Source: an uncultured Chloroflexia bacterium (GTDB taxonomy: Bacteria; Chloroflexota; Limnocylindria; Limnocylindrales; CSP1-4). Taken from it: 64,000 bases of DNA. This document shows, piece after piece, positions 38,577 through 48,132 of the stretch. The stretch lies in assembly GCA_963780375.1 (NCBI GenBank), contig CAWABV010000008.1:27619-91618 (forward strand). Reading direction: 5' to 3'. The notes under the pieces are model-generated. The model had not been told where the DNA came from. It ran no database searches and saw nothing but the letters and a program-made list of their open reading frames with translations. The translations under genes were made by a program, and so were the position numbers. Every line of letters starts with the position of its first letter. Position 1 is the first letter of the stretch.

Positions 38577-38604
38577 CGGACGATCGCCGACCCAGCGACA
38601 CGAC

Positions 38605-38629
38605 GGCCCCGGAGGCATCCTCCGGGGCC
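38605..38629. terminator. hairpin downstream of msiK (perfect 11-bp stem, 3-nt loop)
   Basis: ggccccggagg-cat-cctccggggcc, located 29 nt after the msiK stop. Confidence 0.45.
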
Positions 38630-38638
38630 GGTCCGCGC

Positions 38639-39232
38639 GTGCCCGCGCACAACGTGGACGACCTGCGCGAGCGCATCATCGACCGCCATGTCGTGCACCG
38701 GGGCGCGTTCATCGAGTTCCGGGTCGACACGGTCGAACGCGCCGACGGCTCACGAGCCACGCGCGACTTCGCCGGCCACCCCGGCGCCGTGGCCATCGTG
38801 GCACTCGACGCCGCCGGGCGGGTCGCGCTCGTCCGCCAGTGGCGGCTCGCCGCCGACGATGCCCTGCTCGAGATCCCGGCCGGGGGGCTCGATCTCCGCG
38901 ATGACGGGTCGAAGGAGGACCCGGCCGTCGCGGCTGAGCGGGAGCTCGAGGAGGAGACCGGTCTCCGGGCGGGCGCGTGGCGGAAGCTCGGGACGTTCTA
39001 CTCGGCGCCTGGTTTCACCGACGAGCTGATGCACCTGTACCTCGCGACGGAGCTGACGGCCGCGGCGGAGGACGGTCGACTCGGGCCGGACGAGGACGAG
39101 CGGCTGATCCTCGAATGGCGCCCGTGGCAGGAGGCGGTCAGTCTCGCCGAGACCGGCGGCATCCGTGACGCGAAGTCGATCGTCGGGCTGTTCTGGCTGG
39201 CCCGGGTGATGACCGAGGCGCCCCCGATCTAG
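38639..39232 (+). CDS. NUDIX hydrolase (ADP-ribose pyrophosphatase-like)
   Basis: Nudix box GGLDLRDDGSKEDPAVAAERELEEETGL (GX5EX7REUXEEXGU). Confidence 0.8.
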   Translation: MPAHNVDDLRERIIDRHVVHRGAFIEFRVDTVERADGSRATRDFAGHPGAVAIVALDAAGRVALVRQWRLAADDALLEIPAGGLDLRDDGSKEDPAVAAERELEEETGLRAGAWRKLGTFYSAPGFTDELMHLYLATELTAAAEDGRLGPDEDERLILEWRPWQEAVSLAETGGIRDAKSIVGLFWLARVMTEAPPI

Positions 39233-39660
39233 TGGTCGGCGTCGGGCGCGGGTGCCGGCGCGGGTGCCGGCCCGAGTCGGGCGAGCGCATCGCGGAAGAG
39301 CGTCGAGTCGGGGCTGAGCGCGCAGGCCATTCGCAGGTGCGTCCTGGCCTCGCTCCGCCGTCCGAGCCGCTTCAGGCTCTGCCCGAGGGCGTAGTGCGCA
39401 TACGGCGCGGAGGGATCCAGTTCCAGGACCCGTTCGAAGGTCGCGCGAGCCGGCTCGTGCTGGCCGGAGTTGAAGTACGCCCGCCCGAGCGCCTCGAGGA
39501 TCGACGCCTTCCCCGGCTCAAGGCGATCGGCACGCTCGAGGACGATCGCGGCTTGCGCGTGGTGCCGGCTGGCGAGGAGCGATTGACCGCGCTGGAACAG
39601 CTCATATGCCGTCTCGCGCTCGGCGGCGTCGGCCGCCTCGTCGGGTAATCGGTCGTCCAC
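39229..39660 (-). CDS. small TPR-repeat protein
   Basis: 143 aa with 3 TPR-like repeats (AYELFQRGQSLLASRHHAQAAIVLERA...). The stop overlaps the nudix stop region (convergent). Confidence 0.6.
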   Translation of the reverse strand: MDDRLPDEAADAAERETAYELFQRGQSLLASRHHAQAAIVLERADRLEPGKASILEALGRAYFNSGQHEPARATFERVLELDPSAPYAHYALGQSLKRLGRRSEARTHLRMACALSPDSTLFRDALARLGPAPAPAPAPDADH

Positions 39661-39709
39661 GAGGTAAATCGTCGCACGCTCGGCCCGAGAAGGCCCGCGA
39701 CGGGCTTGG

Positions 39710-40363
39710 CTAGCGGCGTTTCGGCGGCGCGACGGACCGACGTCGGGGCGGTTTGACGGTTCTCGCCTCGAGCCATGGCACGAGCATGGCGAGGCTCGAT
39801 TCGACCACCTGGTCGGGCGTCAGCCCTCGACCGATAAGGGCGTAGTGCAGGGGCGGGCCGATGACCGACGCCACGATCGCGACGACCACCGGATCGTCGG
39901 CGATCGGGCCAGCGGCCTCCCGCACGAGCCGGTCGAACCGGGCTTCATACATGGCACTCGCCCGCTCGAACGCGACCGACATCCCCGGGTCGCCGGTGAC
40001 GATGAACCACCACTCCTGGCTGCGTCCGTAGAACGCGACGAGCTCGTGGGCGAGGCGCGTGACCCTTTCGACCGTCGAGTCGAGGCCGTCGAATATGTCG
40101 ACATCCGGCAGCGCGATGTCCTGCAGGATCAGGTCGCCGACCTCCAGCAGCAGATCTGACCGATCCGGGAAGTGGTTGCGTACCGTCGCCGGCGCCACGT
40201 CGGCGGCGCGGGCGATGGCCGGCACCGTCGCGGACCGCAGGCCACCAGACCGGATCAGCTCGAGCGTCGCCCTGATGATCGAGACTCGCGTCTCGGACTT
40301 CTGTTCGGCTCGGAGGCCCAGGCGGTATCTGCGCGGCAAAGGCTTGGCTCCACTACCCACCAT
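39710..40363 (-). CDS. TetR/AcrR-family transcriptional regulator
   Basis: TetR_N HTH TRVSIIRATLELIRSGGLRSATVPAIARAADVAPATVRNHF. The start is taken at the internal ATG 40363; the track ORF extends to 40441. Confidence 0.7.
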   Translation of the reverse strand: MVGSGAKPLPRRYRLGLRAEQKSETRVSIIRATLELIRSGGLRSATVPAIARAADVAPATVRNHFPDRSDLLLEVGDLILQDIALPDVDIFDGLDSTVERVTRLAHELVAFYGRSQEWWFIVTGDPGMSVAFERASAMYEARFDRLVREAAGPIADDPVVVAIVASVIGPPLHYALIGRGLTPDQVVESSLAMLVPWLEARTVKPPRRRSVAPPKRR

Positions 40364-40440
40364 GATTTCATTGACTTTGGAAGACAACCAAATGATGATG
40401 ACGAGCGACAGCCTACCACCTTCAGCCGCGAGGTCCGCCA

Positions 40441-41028
40441 ATGCTTCCCGACAACGACCTGTATCGCGCCGCCGGAGCGTCCGCGGTCGTCGCCCTCATT
40501 GCCCTCGTCATCGCCGGCATCACGATCGCTCTCTTCTTCGGCGGAGCCGGCGCGTTCTGGGGACCGGTCAACGACATGTTCGTCGTCGTGACCGTGCTCG
40601 CGCTGATCCTGCCGATCCTCGCCGTCGACCGGCTCGCGGCGGAGGGCGGGATCGGCTGGATGCGCGTCGTGACGATCGCGGCGATCCTGGGGGCGGTCCT
40701 GATCGCGATCGGCCAGACCGCGTTGGTGCTGGGCTTCCTCAGCCTGCAGGGGTCGTTCGTGACCGGCGGCGTCGGGTTCGTTCCCATCGTCATCTGGCTC
40801 GTCGCGCTGGCCATCCTGTCGTTCGGGAGCGGTGTCCTTCCGCCGCAGATCGGCTGGGCGGCGGTCGCGGTCCTCGTGCTGATCGGCGTCGATGCTCTAG
40901 TCGGCGTGGCGGCCGCCACGGGTCCGGTCCTCTGGATCGTGTCGATCGCGTTGCTGACCGCGCTGGTCGCGTGGCTTTGGATCCTGTCGTCGACGCTGCT
41001 GTCGCGAGCCACCGGGCTGACGTCGTAA
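40441..41028 (+). CDS. hypothetical polytopic membrane protein (divergent from the TetR gene)
   Basis: 195 aa with 5-6 TM helices and a SD (GAGGtccgccaATG). The composition is hydrophobic and low in Arg, unlike the surrounding frame artefacts. Confidence 0.6.
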   Translation: MLPDNDLYRAAGASAVVALIALVIAGITIALFFGGAGAFWGPVNDMFVVVTVLALILPILAVDRLAAEGGIGWMRVVTIAAILGAVLIAIGQTALVLGFLSLQGSFVTGGVGFVPIVIWLVALAILSFGSGVLPPQIGWAAVAVLVLIGVDALVGVAAATGPVLWIVSIALLTALVAWLWILSSTLLSRATGLTS

Positions 41029-41192
41029 CACCCCACGTTCCTTAGGACCAACGGACCGGCGGCGGTGCCGTGCCGCGGGCGTCCTAGCAGCCGTGGAGAA
41101 CGCCGGGCGTTACACGCAGCGGCTGGACCACACTTCAGCCGCGGTCGGGACACCCGGTGTCACGATCGTGGTTAGGGGTGTCCCGATCGTGG

Positions 41193-42242
41193 TTAGCCCG
41201 TGATGACGTCTGCCACGGGCTGCCGGTACGCCGACAGGTCGACCGGCTGGAGCCGGGGCGAGAACGTGATCCCGGGAATGCGGCCGCGCTTCGCGATCGG
41301 CCGGCCGTCGATCTCCTTGATGTCACCGGTGAAGTCGATCGGGCTCGCGCCGCTGATGTACGAGCCGACCGCGTAGGAGTCGACCGGCGCGCCGGCCTCC
41401 TTGAAATACCGCACGCGATCCGGGTTCAGGCCGCCCGACACGACGATCTTGACGTGCTGATAGCCCTCCTGGTCGAGGCGGGCACGGATCTCGGTGACGA
41501 GGTCGGCCGTGACGCGGCCGCGCTCGGAGGGCGTGTCCAAACGGATGCCGTACAGCCGGTCGCCCAGCGCGTGTGCTACGCGTAACGCCTCTTCGGCCTC
41601 GTCCCGGAACGTGTCGACCAGCACGATCCGCGGCACATCCGGCCCGAGATGGCGATCGAACGCCAGCGCCGCCGCGACCGTGTCACCAAAGATCAGGACC
41701 AGCGAGTGGGGCATCGTCCCGGTCGGTGCCAGCCCGGCGAGTCGAGCCCCTGCCGGCGTCGACGCGCCGACGCAGCCGCCCACGATCGCGGCGTAATCGA
41801 GCACGTCGGTGATGTCCGGGTGGACGTGTCGCGCGCCGAAGCTGATCACCGGCTCCGGGGCGGCGATGTCGACGATGTCACGGGCGGCCGTGGCCCACCC
41901 GGTCGACTGGGCGAGCATCCCGAGCAGGGCCGTCTCATAGAGCCCGAACCGGCGGTAGCGCGCCCGGATGCGCAGGACGACCTCGCGCGGGGCGATGCGG
42001 TCGCCGTCGGACAGGGCTTCGACCTGCGTCTCACTCGGGTCGCACTCGGCCATGACGTGACCGAGCAGGTTCTTCGCCTCGTCGATGCCGCACAGGACAG
42101 CTTCCCGGCGCGTGAAGACCTCCATCGTCACGAGCGGGTCGAGATCCTCGGCCTCGAGGATGCTCTCCGCTCGGGCGAAGTAGACATCGGCGGAGTCGCC
42201 GGACAGGATCTCGGTCGAGGGTCGCGCGCGCTGGATACCCAT
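41193..42242 (-). CDS. pncB: nicotinate phosphoribosyltransferase (NAPRTase family)
   Basis: 349 aa. ARAESILEAEDLDPLVTMEVFTRRE..., with conserved blocks GARHVHPD, VLVDTFRDEAEEA and IVVSGGLN, as in archaeal/actinobacterial-type pncB. Confidence 0.8.
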   Translation of the reverse strand: MGIQRARPSTEILSGDSADVYFARAESILEAEDLDPLVTMEVFTRREAVLCGIDEAKNLLGHVMAECDPSETQVEALSDGDRIAPREVVLRIRARYRRFGLYETALLGMLAQSTGWATAARDIVDIAAPEPVISFGARHVHPDITDVLDYAAIVGGCVGASTPAGARLAGLAPTGTMPHSLVLIFGDTVAAALAFDRHLGPDVPRIVLVDTFRDEAEEALRVAHALGDRLYGIRLDTPSERGRVTADLVTEIRARLDQEGYQHVKIVVSGGLNPDRVRYFKEAGAPVDSYAVGSYISGASPIDFTGDIKEIDGRPIAKRGRIPGITFSPRLQPVDLSAYRQPVADVITG

Positions 42243-42355
42243 GCGGTGGGCTCGGCTCCTGTGCGATCTCGATGGGCATCGACGGCACCGCGGGGGTCGC
42301 GCTCCCTCCGGCTCCGGCGAGGCCGCGAGTGTAGACGATGCGGCCGAAGCCAGAG

Positions 42356-44374
42356 TCAGTCAGCCAGCCGATGCGCCTGCATCCGGTTGCGCCGCCGCCG
42401 ACGCCGGCCGAACGTCACCAGCAGCAACGCAACCACGAACAGTACGGCCACGACGATCGAGGCGATGCTGAAAGCCCTGCCCTGGCCCGATGGCTCGGCG
42501 TTGATCCACGACGCCGCCGCCTCGTCGGAGGCCTCCGCCGACGCGGCGAGGTCGCCTCGCGCGAAGGCGTCACGCGCGACGGCGAGATCCGCCTCCGGCG
42601 TCTGGTCCATGAGACCGAGTCGCATCAGCGGGGTGGTCTTGGCGGGCTTGTGACCCACCGCCGCCATGTAGTGCTCGATCGCCTGGAGCTCCGCGCCACC
42701 CTCGGCCATCGCATCATCGAACCCGTCGTCGTCCTCGAACGCCTCGCGCAGGGCGACCGGGGCGGTCAGGCCCGCGTCCGACGCCGCCGATTCGACCTTG
42801 GCGCGCAGGTCGAGAACGCCCTGGGCGGAGTCCATGAGCCCCGTGCCCTCGTCGAAGCGCCAGGCGCGCATCGCATCGCGGATCGACAACGGCACGTGCC
42901 AGGAACCAACCGCTTCCACGAACTGCGCGTATCGCGCACGCGCCTCGACGCGGGCGTCGAGCAGCGGCAGGTCTTCGGGCCGGGCGACCCACGTCCGCCA
43001 CAGATCGTCGTAGCGCTTGCCCGTCTTCTCCTCGAGCAGGTCGAGCAGGGCGCGCCAATCGACCGGTCCGCCGACGATCTCCTCGCCCGCGCCGGTCGGC
43101 TGGTAGGCGCTGATCCGATCGGCGGCATCCGCCCACACGGAGCGCAAGCCGCGTTCCCCGGCGCGCTTGCCGATCTCCCGCGCCAGGGCGAGGCCGGCGG
43201 CGTAGGCGTAGTCCTCCTTTGCGACATCCAGGGTGCCGACGTCGCCCCAGTCGTTGAGCGGGATGCGCGACTTCTTGAGAGTGTCGGTGAGCGCGTCGGT
43301 CGTCACCTTGATCTTGGTGTCGGCGGCCGCGAGCTCGCCGTAGTACGACGCGAACGCCTCGTTCGACCAGCGGTCGGCCAGAAGCGATCCGTTGAACCAG
43401 GTGTGGGCCGCCTCGTGGAGGACGACGAAGTCATCGGCGTAGTAGGCGATCGCCACCTCACCCGCGGACGGGTCGAAGATCCCGGCGTAGCCGCCGGTCG
43501 ACCGGCTGACGGCCTCGGTCACGACGAGTGGCTTGTCGTACTCCGGCCACTCGAGGCCGATGCGCTGGCCCAGTGCCGGCAACCCGACGCCCAGCAGGCG
43601 ACGGATGCGCTGCGCCCACGCCGAGTCGTCGGTCCAGGCACGGACCGTGACCGAGACGTCCCGTCCGACGACCGTCGCCGCCACCTGCGACTCGCGATAT
43701 GCCCCGGGCCGGTCGCCGACGAGATACGCGAAGAAGTCGAGCGGCTTCGACAGGATCCCGCTGTTGAAGACGGTCCGCCCATCGGACGACACCGTCGGGC
43801 TCGGGATCCGGCCAGCTTCGACCGCGACCTGGTAGCCCTTCGGGAACACGACCGTGACCGAGCTGCCGGGCGTCTCGTCGCTCGCGAACGCCCACACCGG
43901 GAACGACACGAGCGTGTCGCCGATGCGCAGGTCGCGCGTCGGTTGCCCGCCCGGGTCACGCAGGTCGAAGGCGAGGCGGTAGCGAGCCGACTTCCCGGCC
44001 CCGAGGTCGCGGGCCAGGTTCAGCCGCAGGAGCGTGTACGAGGCCGTACGTCGCGAGACGCCGACGGTCGGCTGACCGGTGCCTGCCCAGCTGAGGTCGT
44101 AGTTGCTCGCGCCGGGCAGGACGGCGAGGAACGCGTGGTCGAAGAAATAGCGCTTGGTCGTGGTGTCGCGCAGACGGTTGGTCAACGTCAGGTCGAGCGT
44201 GACGCGGACACGCTTCTGCGCCGGCTGGACGTCATATCGGGCGGTCGAGACGATCGTCAGATCCGGCGATGCCGCCCGCACGACCGGAGCCACCGGGCCG
44301 GACGCCGCGCCGACAAGCGAGCCGAGTGCGACCAGGGTGGCGAGGACGAGCCGCGCGATGCGAGGCGTGGTCAT
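42356..44374 (-). CDS. membrane-anchored M1-like (gluzincin, peptidase MA) zinc metallopeptidase
   Basis: A signal peptide, then HEAAHTWFNGSLLADRWSNEAFASY (HEXXH-(X18)-E), and a C-terminal TM helix plus RRRRRR tail. Confidence 0.75.
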   Translation of the reverse strand: MTTPRIARLVLATLVALGSLVGAASGPVAPVVRAASPDLTIVSTARYDVQPAQKRVRVTLDLTLTNRLRDTTTKRYFFDHAFLAVLPGASNYDLSWAGTGQPTVGVSRRTASYTLLRLNLARDLGAGKSARYRLAFDLRDPGGQPTRDLRIGDTLVSFPVWAFASDETPGSSVTVVFPKGYQVAVEAGRIPSPTVSSDGRTVFNSGILSKPLDFFAYLVGDRPGAYRESQVAATVVGRDVSVTVRAWTDDSAWAQRIRRLLGVGLPALGQRIGLEWPEYDKPLVVTEAVSRSTGGYAGIFDPSAGEVAIAYYADDFVVLHEAAHTWFNGSLLADRWSNEAFASYYGELAAADTKIKVTTDALTDTLKKSRIPLNDWGDVGTLDVAKEDYAYAAGLALAREIGKRAGERGLRSVWADAADRISAYQPTGAGEEIVGGPVDWRALLDLLEEKTGKRYDDLWRTWVARPEDLPLLDARVEARARYAQFVEAVGSWHVPLSIRDAMRAWRFDEGTGLMDSAQGVLDLRAKVESAASDAGLTAPVALREAFEDDDGFDDAMAEGGAELQAIEHYMAAVGHKPAKTTPLMRLGLMDQTPEADLAVARDAFARGDLAASAEASDEAAASWINAEPSGQGRAFSIASIVVAVLFVVALLLVTFGRRRRRRNRMQAHRLAD

Positions 44375-44955
44375 CCGGTCACGCCGTCCGACGCGTCGAG
44401 CTCTCGCGCGTCGAGCTCTCGCGCGTCGAGCTCCGCGAGTCGAGCGTCATATCGCTCCAGGAGCGCGGAATTGCGCCGCTCGCGGCCGACCGTGTCCGGG
44501 ATCTTCCCGCCGATCCAAATCCAGCCCGCCGATTCCTCCAGCAGTCGGTCAGCCAGCCCGACGATGCGAGCCAACGCGAGCCCCAGCTGCTCCTCGCTCG
44601 GTGGTGCCGGTGCGTCGGCGATCGGCAGCTCGATGGCCAGCAGCGGCCGCTCGTCCTCGCCGATCGAGAACTTGGCGAACGGGAACTCGTCATTCCAGCG
44701 CAGGAGCTTGCGGTACGACTTGCGGAACATGTCGCTGATCGGCGGGGCGAAGTGCGCCCAGCAGATCAACGCGAGGGCAGGGTCCAGGATGATCGTCACC
44801 CGGAGGTCGAAGCGGCGGCGACCGTCGAGCACGAGATCCCAGCTGGCGATCCCATCGCGCTCGGCCCGATCGACGGGCTGAAGGCCCAGGTCGGTCAGCC
44901 AGCGCTCGACGTCGGCCGGGCGCACCGGGGGCGCGCCGGGGTCGGCGGAAGGCAT
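44371..44955 (-). CDS. YbjN-domain (putative sensory-transduction regulator / T3SS-chaperone-like fold) protein
   Basis: 194 aa. A recognisable YbjN-like core (WDLVLDGRRRFDLRVTIILDPALALICWAHFAPP...LAIELPIADAP). The C-terminus carries the tandem ARELDARELDA repeat. Confidence 0.55.
   Translation of the reverse strand: MPSADPGAPPVRPADVERWLTDLGLQPVDRAERDGIASWDLVLDGRRRFDLRVTIILDPALALICWAHFAPPISDMFRKSYRKLLRWNDEFPFAKFSIGEDERPLLAIELPIADAPAPPSEEQLGLALARIVGLADRLLEESAGWIWIGGKIPDTVGRERRNSALLERYDARLAELDARELDARELDASDGVTG
44391..44432 (-). repeat. 15-bp perfect tandem repeat (cgcgtcgagctctcg x about 2.8) inside the 3' end of the ybjN-like gene
   Basis: Directly visible: cgcgtcgagctctcgcgcgtcgagctctcgcgcgtcgagctc. 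Confidence 0.7.
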
Positions 44956-45017
44956 GGCCCGCGGAGTCTAGCCGATTCGCCGCGTGACGCCGCGCAGCAC
45001 CGATGTGCCCCGGTCCC

Positions 45018-46346
45018 CTACCCGCTCGAGGCGACGCGCTCCTCGGCCGTCAGGCTACGCCCGTGGTCGTGCGGTTGACGGCGACCCGGCTTCATGTCGA
45101 CCGACTCGCCGCTCTTGATCACCTTCTTCGACCAGTCGCTGATCCGGACGTCCGCAGCAACCTTCACGTTGCGGCCGACGCGCGTTCCGCGCGGCACCAC
45201 CGCACGCTTGCCGATGACGGTGATGCCCGTGTTGAGCCGGGATGGCTCCTGCTTGTTCGGCCGATCGTCGTATGGCCCGTTCCCGACGATGGCGCCCTGT
45301 CCGACGACGACCGACTTGTCGAGGATCGCCCGGTCGACGACGGCTCCCGACCGGATGACCGAGTCGAACATCACGATCGAATCGCGGACGACGGCGCCGA
45401 CGTCGACGCGCACACCCGGCGACAGCACCGAGTTCACGACCGTGCCGTTGATGATGCAGCCGTGGCTGATCATGCTGCGATGGACCTGCGCCGTCGGGCC
45501 GACCTTGGCCGGCGCTCGTTCCTCGGACCGGGTGTGGATGACCCATTCGGGGTCGTACAGGTCGAGCTCCGGTTCGTCCGCGAGGAGCGCCATGTTGGCC
45601 TCCCAGAAGGACTGGATCGTGCCGACGTCCTGCCAGTACCCGTTGTAGCGATAACCGAAGACGCGCGCCCCGGCATCGAGCATCTCGGGGACGATGTGCC
45701 GCCCGAAGTCGACCCGGTCCTCGGAGAGCCAGCGGCGGAGCGCCTTCTTCGAGAAGACGTAGACGCCCATCGACGCGAGGTCGCTCTTGGGCTGCTTGGG
45801 CTTCTCCTGCCACTCCGTGATGCGGTCGTTCTCGTCCATCGCGAGGATGCCCATCCGCGAGGCCTCGGCGAGCGGCACGCGCCGTACGGCGATGGTCACG
45901 TCGGCGCGATGGCGTCGATGTGCGGCGATGAACGGCGTGTAGTCCATCTTGTAGATGTGGTCGCCGGCGAGCACCACGACCGTGTCCGACGGGTCGTGCT
46001 CGATCACGTTCATGTTCCGGAGCACCGCGTCGGCCGTCCCGCGGTACCACTCGGCGACGCGGCCGCGTGAGACGTACGGCTGCAGGAGCTTGACGCCGCC
46101 CTGGTTCCGGTCGAGATCCCACGGCCGGCCGAGCCCGATGTGGTCGTTGAGGGAGCGGGGGTTGTACTGCGTCAGCACGACGACGTCGTGAAGGTCGGAG
46201 TTCACGCAGTTGGACAGCGTGAAGTCGATGATCCGGTACTTGCCGCCGAACGGGACCGCGGGCTTGGCGCGCTCCTGCGACAGGATCGACAGGCGCTCGC
46301 CCTCCCCACCCGCGAGGATGATCGCCATCGTGCGCTTTGCGGCCAC
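45018..46346 (-). CDS. glgC: glucose-1-phosphate adenylyltransferase
   Basis: [43 protein letters not shown] is the GlgC signature; the C-terminal left-handed beta-helix is present. The start may be the ATG at 46328. Confidence 0.9.
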   Translation of the reverse strand: MAAKRTMAIILAGGEGERLSILSQERAKPAVPFGGKYRIIDFTLSNCVNSDLHDVVVLTQYNPRSLNDHIGLGRPWDLDRNQGGVKLLQPYVSRGRVAEWYRGTADAVLRNMNVIEHDPSDTVVVLAGDHIYKMDYTPFIAAHRRHRADVTIAVRRVPLAEASRMGILAMDENDRITEWQEKPKQPKSDLASMGVYVFSKKALRRWLSEDRVDFGRHIVPEMLDAGARVFGYRYNGYWQDVGTIQSFWEANMALLADEPELDLYDPEWVIHTRSEERAPAKVGPTAQVHRSMISHGCIINGTVVNSVLSPGVRVDVGAVVRDSIVMFDSVIRSGAVVDRAILDKSVVVGQGAIVGNGPYDDRPNKQEPSRLNTGITVIGKRAVVPRGTRVGRNVKVAADVRISDWSKKVIKSGESVDMKPGRRQPHDHGRSLTAEERVASSG

Positions 46347-46442
46347 GGCGCGCCTCCCGGAGTCGCTGGGATCCTGCCCGGCGATGCTAGCACGCGGGTC
46401 GGCTCGCGCTCGTCCGCGTCAATGTTGGGTGAACACCGTCGT

Positions 46443-47825
46443 CTAGAGGAACAGCCTCGGGTTCACGAAATCGTCGTTGAGCTCCACCATCCAATGGAGA
46501 TGCGCGCCGGTCGCATGACCGGTCGAGCCCTGGGTCCCGATGATCGCGCCCTTCTTGACCGACTGGCCGGCCTTGTACGGGCAGCTGGGTGTCATGTGCG
46601 CGTACCAGGTCTTCAAGTTGCCGGCGTGGGCGATCACGACGATCCACGCGGGATCGGGGCCGTCGGCCCAGTTCCAGTCGCACTTGACGACGATCCCGGA
46701 CGCGGCGGCACGGACCTTGGCCCCGGACGGACCGACCAGGTCGATCCCGTTGTGGAAGTGATCGCAGCCGTGGCCGGGCGCGTAATACTCGAACGAGCTG
46801 CAGCCGAAGTCGCCGCTGACCGTGAAGCTGGCCATCGGCCAGGCCATCGTCCCGTTGAACCTGCTGGGGATGCGCCCGCTGCGGACCTGCGCGGCCACGA
46901 GGGCGTTGATCTTCCTGGCGAGCGTGCGCTGGTCGGCGGCCGCCTTGGCGATGATCGCGGCGGCGTTGCGCTTGTTGCGGAGCAGGGCCGCATATCGCGC
47001 CTTCTGCTGCGCAAGGGTCCGGGCGACTTGCTTCTCGAGGCGGCGCAGCTCCTCCTTCGTCTCCTGGAGCGCGCGCATCGCCTTGTCGAGATCGCGCTTC
47101 TGAGCCGCTGTCTGCTGACGCAGGACGTTCGTCCGGTCGCGGGTATCGGCGACCGTCTGGTGGATCGCGGTCAGCGTCTCCTTGTCCTTGGCGATGCCCT
47201 CGGCGAGGGCCTTGTCCTGCTCACCGACGTCGATGTAGTAGCTCATCTCGGCGAGCAGGTCCGTGAACGAGCCACCGGACAGGAAGGTCTCGAGCGGCGA
47301 GGTGCGGTCGGTGTCGTAGGCGCTCCGGACGCGCTGGGCAAGCTGCGCGCGGCGGGAAGCGAGCTCGAGCCGCTTCTGCTCCTCCTGCGCCATGACCTTG
47401 GCCAGCTCGGCGTCCATCGCCTTGAGCTGGGCCACCAGGTCCAGATAGACCGCCTTCACCTTGTCGATCCGGGCCTGCATCCGGCCGATCTTCTTGCGGA
47501 CCGCGTCGAGGTCTGCGCCGATCTTGCGGAGCTCGTTCTTCGTGCCGGAGATCTCGGCGGCGAGGCCCTGCTGCAAGTCGTTGATCGCCGCGATCTGGGC
47601 CTTCTGCTCGGCGACCTCCTTCTTGAGCGCCGCCTGCTTGGCCTTCGCGTCGGACAGTTCGTCGGCCGAGACCGTCGGACTCGACCCGGGCGCGCCGAGG
47701 AGTCCGGTGACGAGGGGGATCAGCAGAACCAGCGTCGGGAGGTGCCGGCGGACACGCCTCGGCGGCGGAGGCCCGAGCGCGTTCGACCAACCGGTGGGTC
47801 CGGGGCGAGCAGCTGCTTGGCGAAC
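46443..47825 (-). CDS. secreted M23-family peptidoglycan DD-metalloendopeptidase with N-terminal coiled coil (EnvC-like); start uncertain
   Basis: The M23 motifs [20 protein letters not shown] ... [11 protein letters not shown], a long coiled coil, and a signal-peptide-like [25 protein letters not shown]. The track ORF runs to 47972, but its first about 50-70 codons look non-coding. Confidence 0.7.
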   Translation of the reverse strand, partial: VRQAAARPGPTGWSNALGPPPPRRVRRHLPTLVLLIPLVTGLLGAPGSSPTVSADELSDAKAKQAALKKEVAEQKAQIAAINDLQQGLAAEISGTKNELRKIGADLDAVRKKIGRMQARIDKVKAVYLDLVAQLKAMDAELAKVMAQEEQKRLELASRRAQLAQRVRSAYDTDRTSPLETFLSGGSFTDLLAEMSYYIDVGEQDKALAEGIAKDKETLTAIHQTVADTRDRTNVLRQQTAAQKRDLDKAMRALQETKEELRRLEKQVARTLAQQKARYAALLRNKRNAAAIIAKAAADQRTLARKINALVAAQVRSGRIPSRFNGTMAWPMASFTVSGDFGCSSFEYYAPGHGCDHFHNGIDLVGPSGAKVRAAASGIVVKCDWNWADGPDPAWIVVIAHAGNLKTWYAHMTPSCPYKAGQSVKKGAIIGTQGSTGHATGAHLHWMVELNDDFVNPRLFL

Positions 47826-48132
47826 CAGGCGATCCGCACCGAGGAGGCGGCGGATCACGAGGGCAAGGTCATCGTGGCGAGTTGGCTCCGTAGCGATGCT
47901 GTCGTGGCGGGGCACAGCACCAGTCGACGGGTCACACCCGCCGGTGGGGGTCGCCGTCTGCGGACTGGACACGGCCGCTTGACGACGCCGGATCCGGCTC
48001 CCCGGGATGATACCCCGTCGGGTCCAGATATCGACCCGGGCAGTCTAGCCCGGCCATACGCTTGCACCAGATGGGCCGATGGTACGGGGCGGTACCGTGT
48101 AATACCGCGGCTAGAGTCGCGTCATCTCTGGC

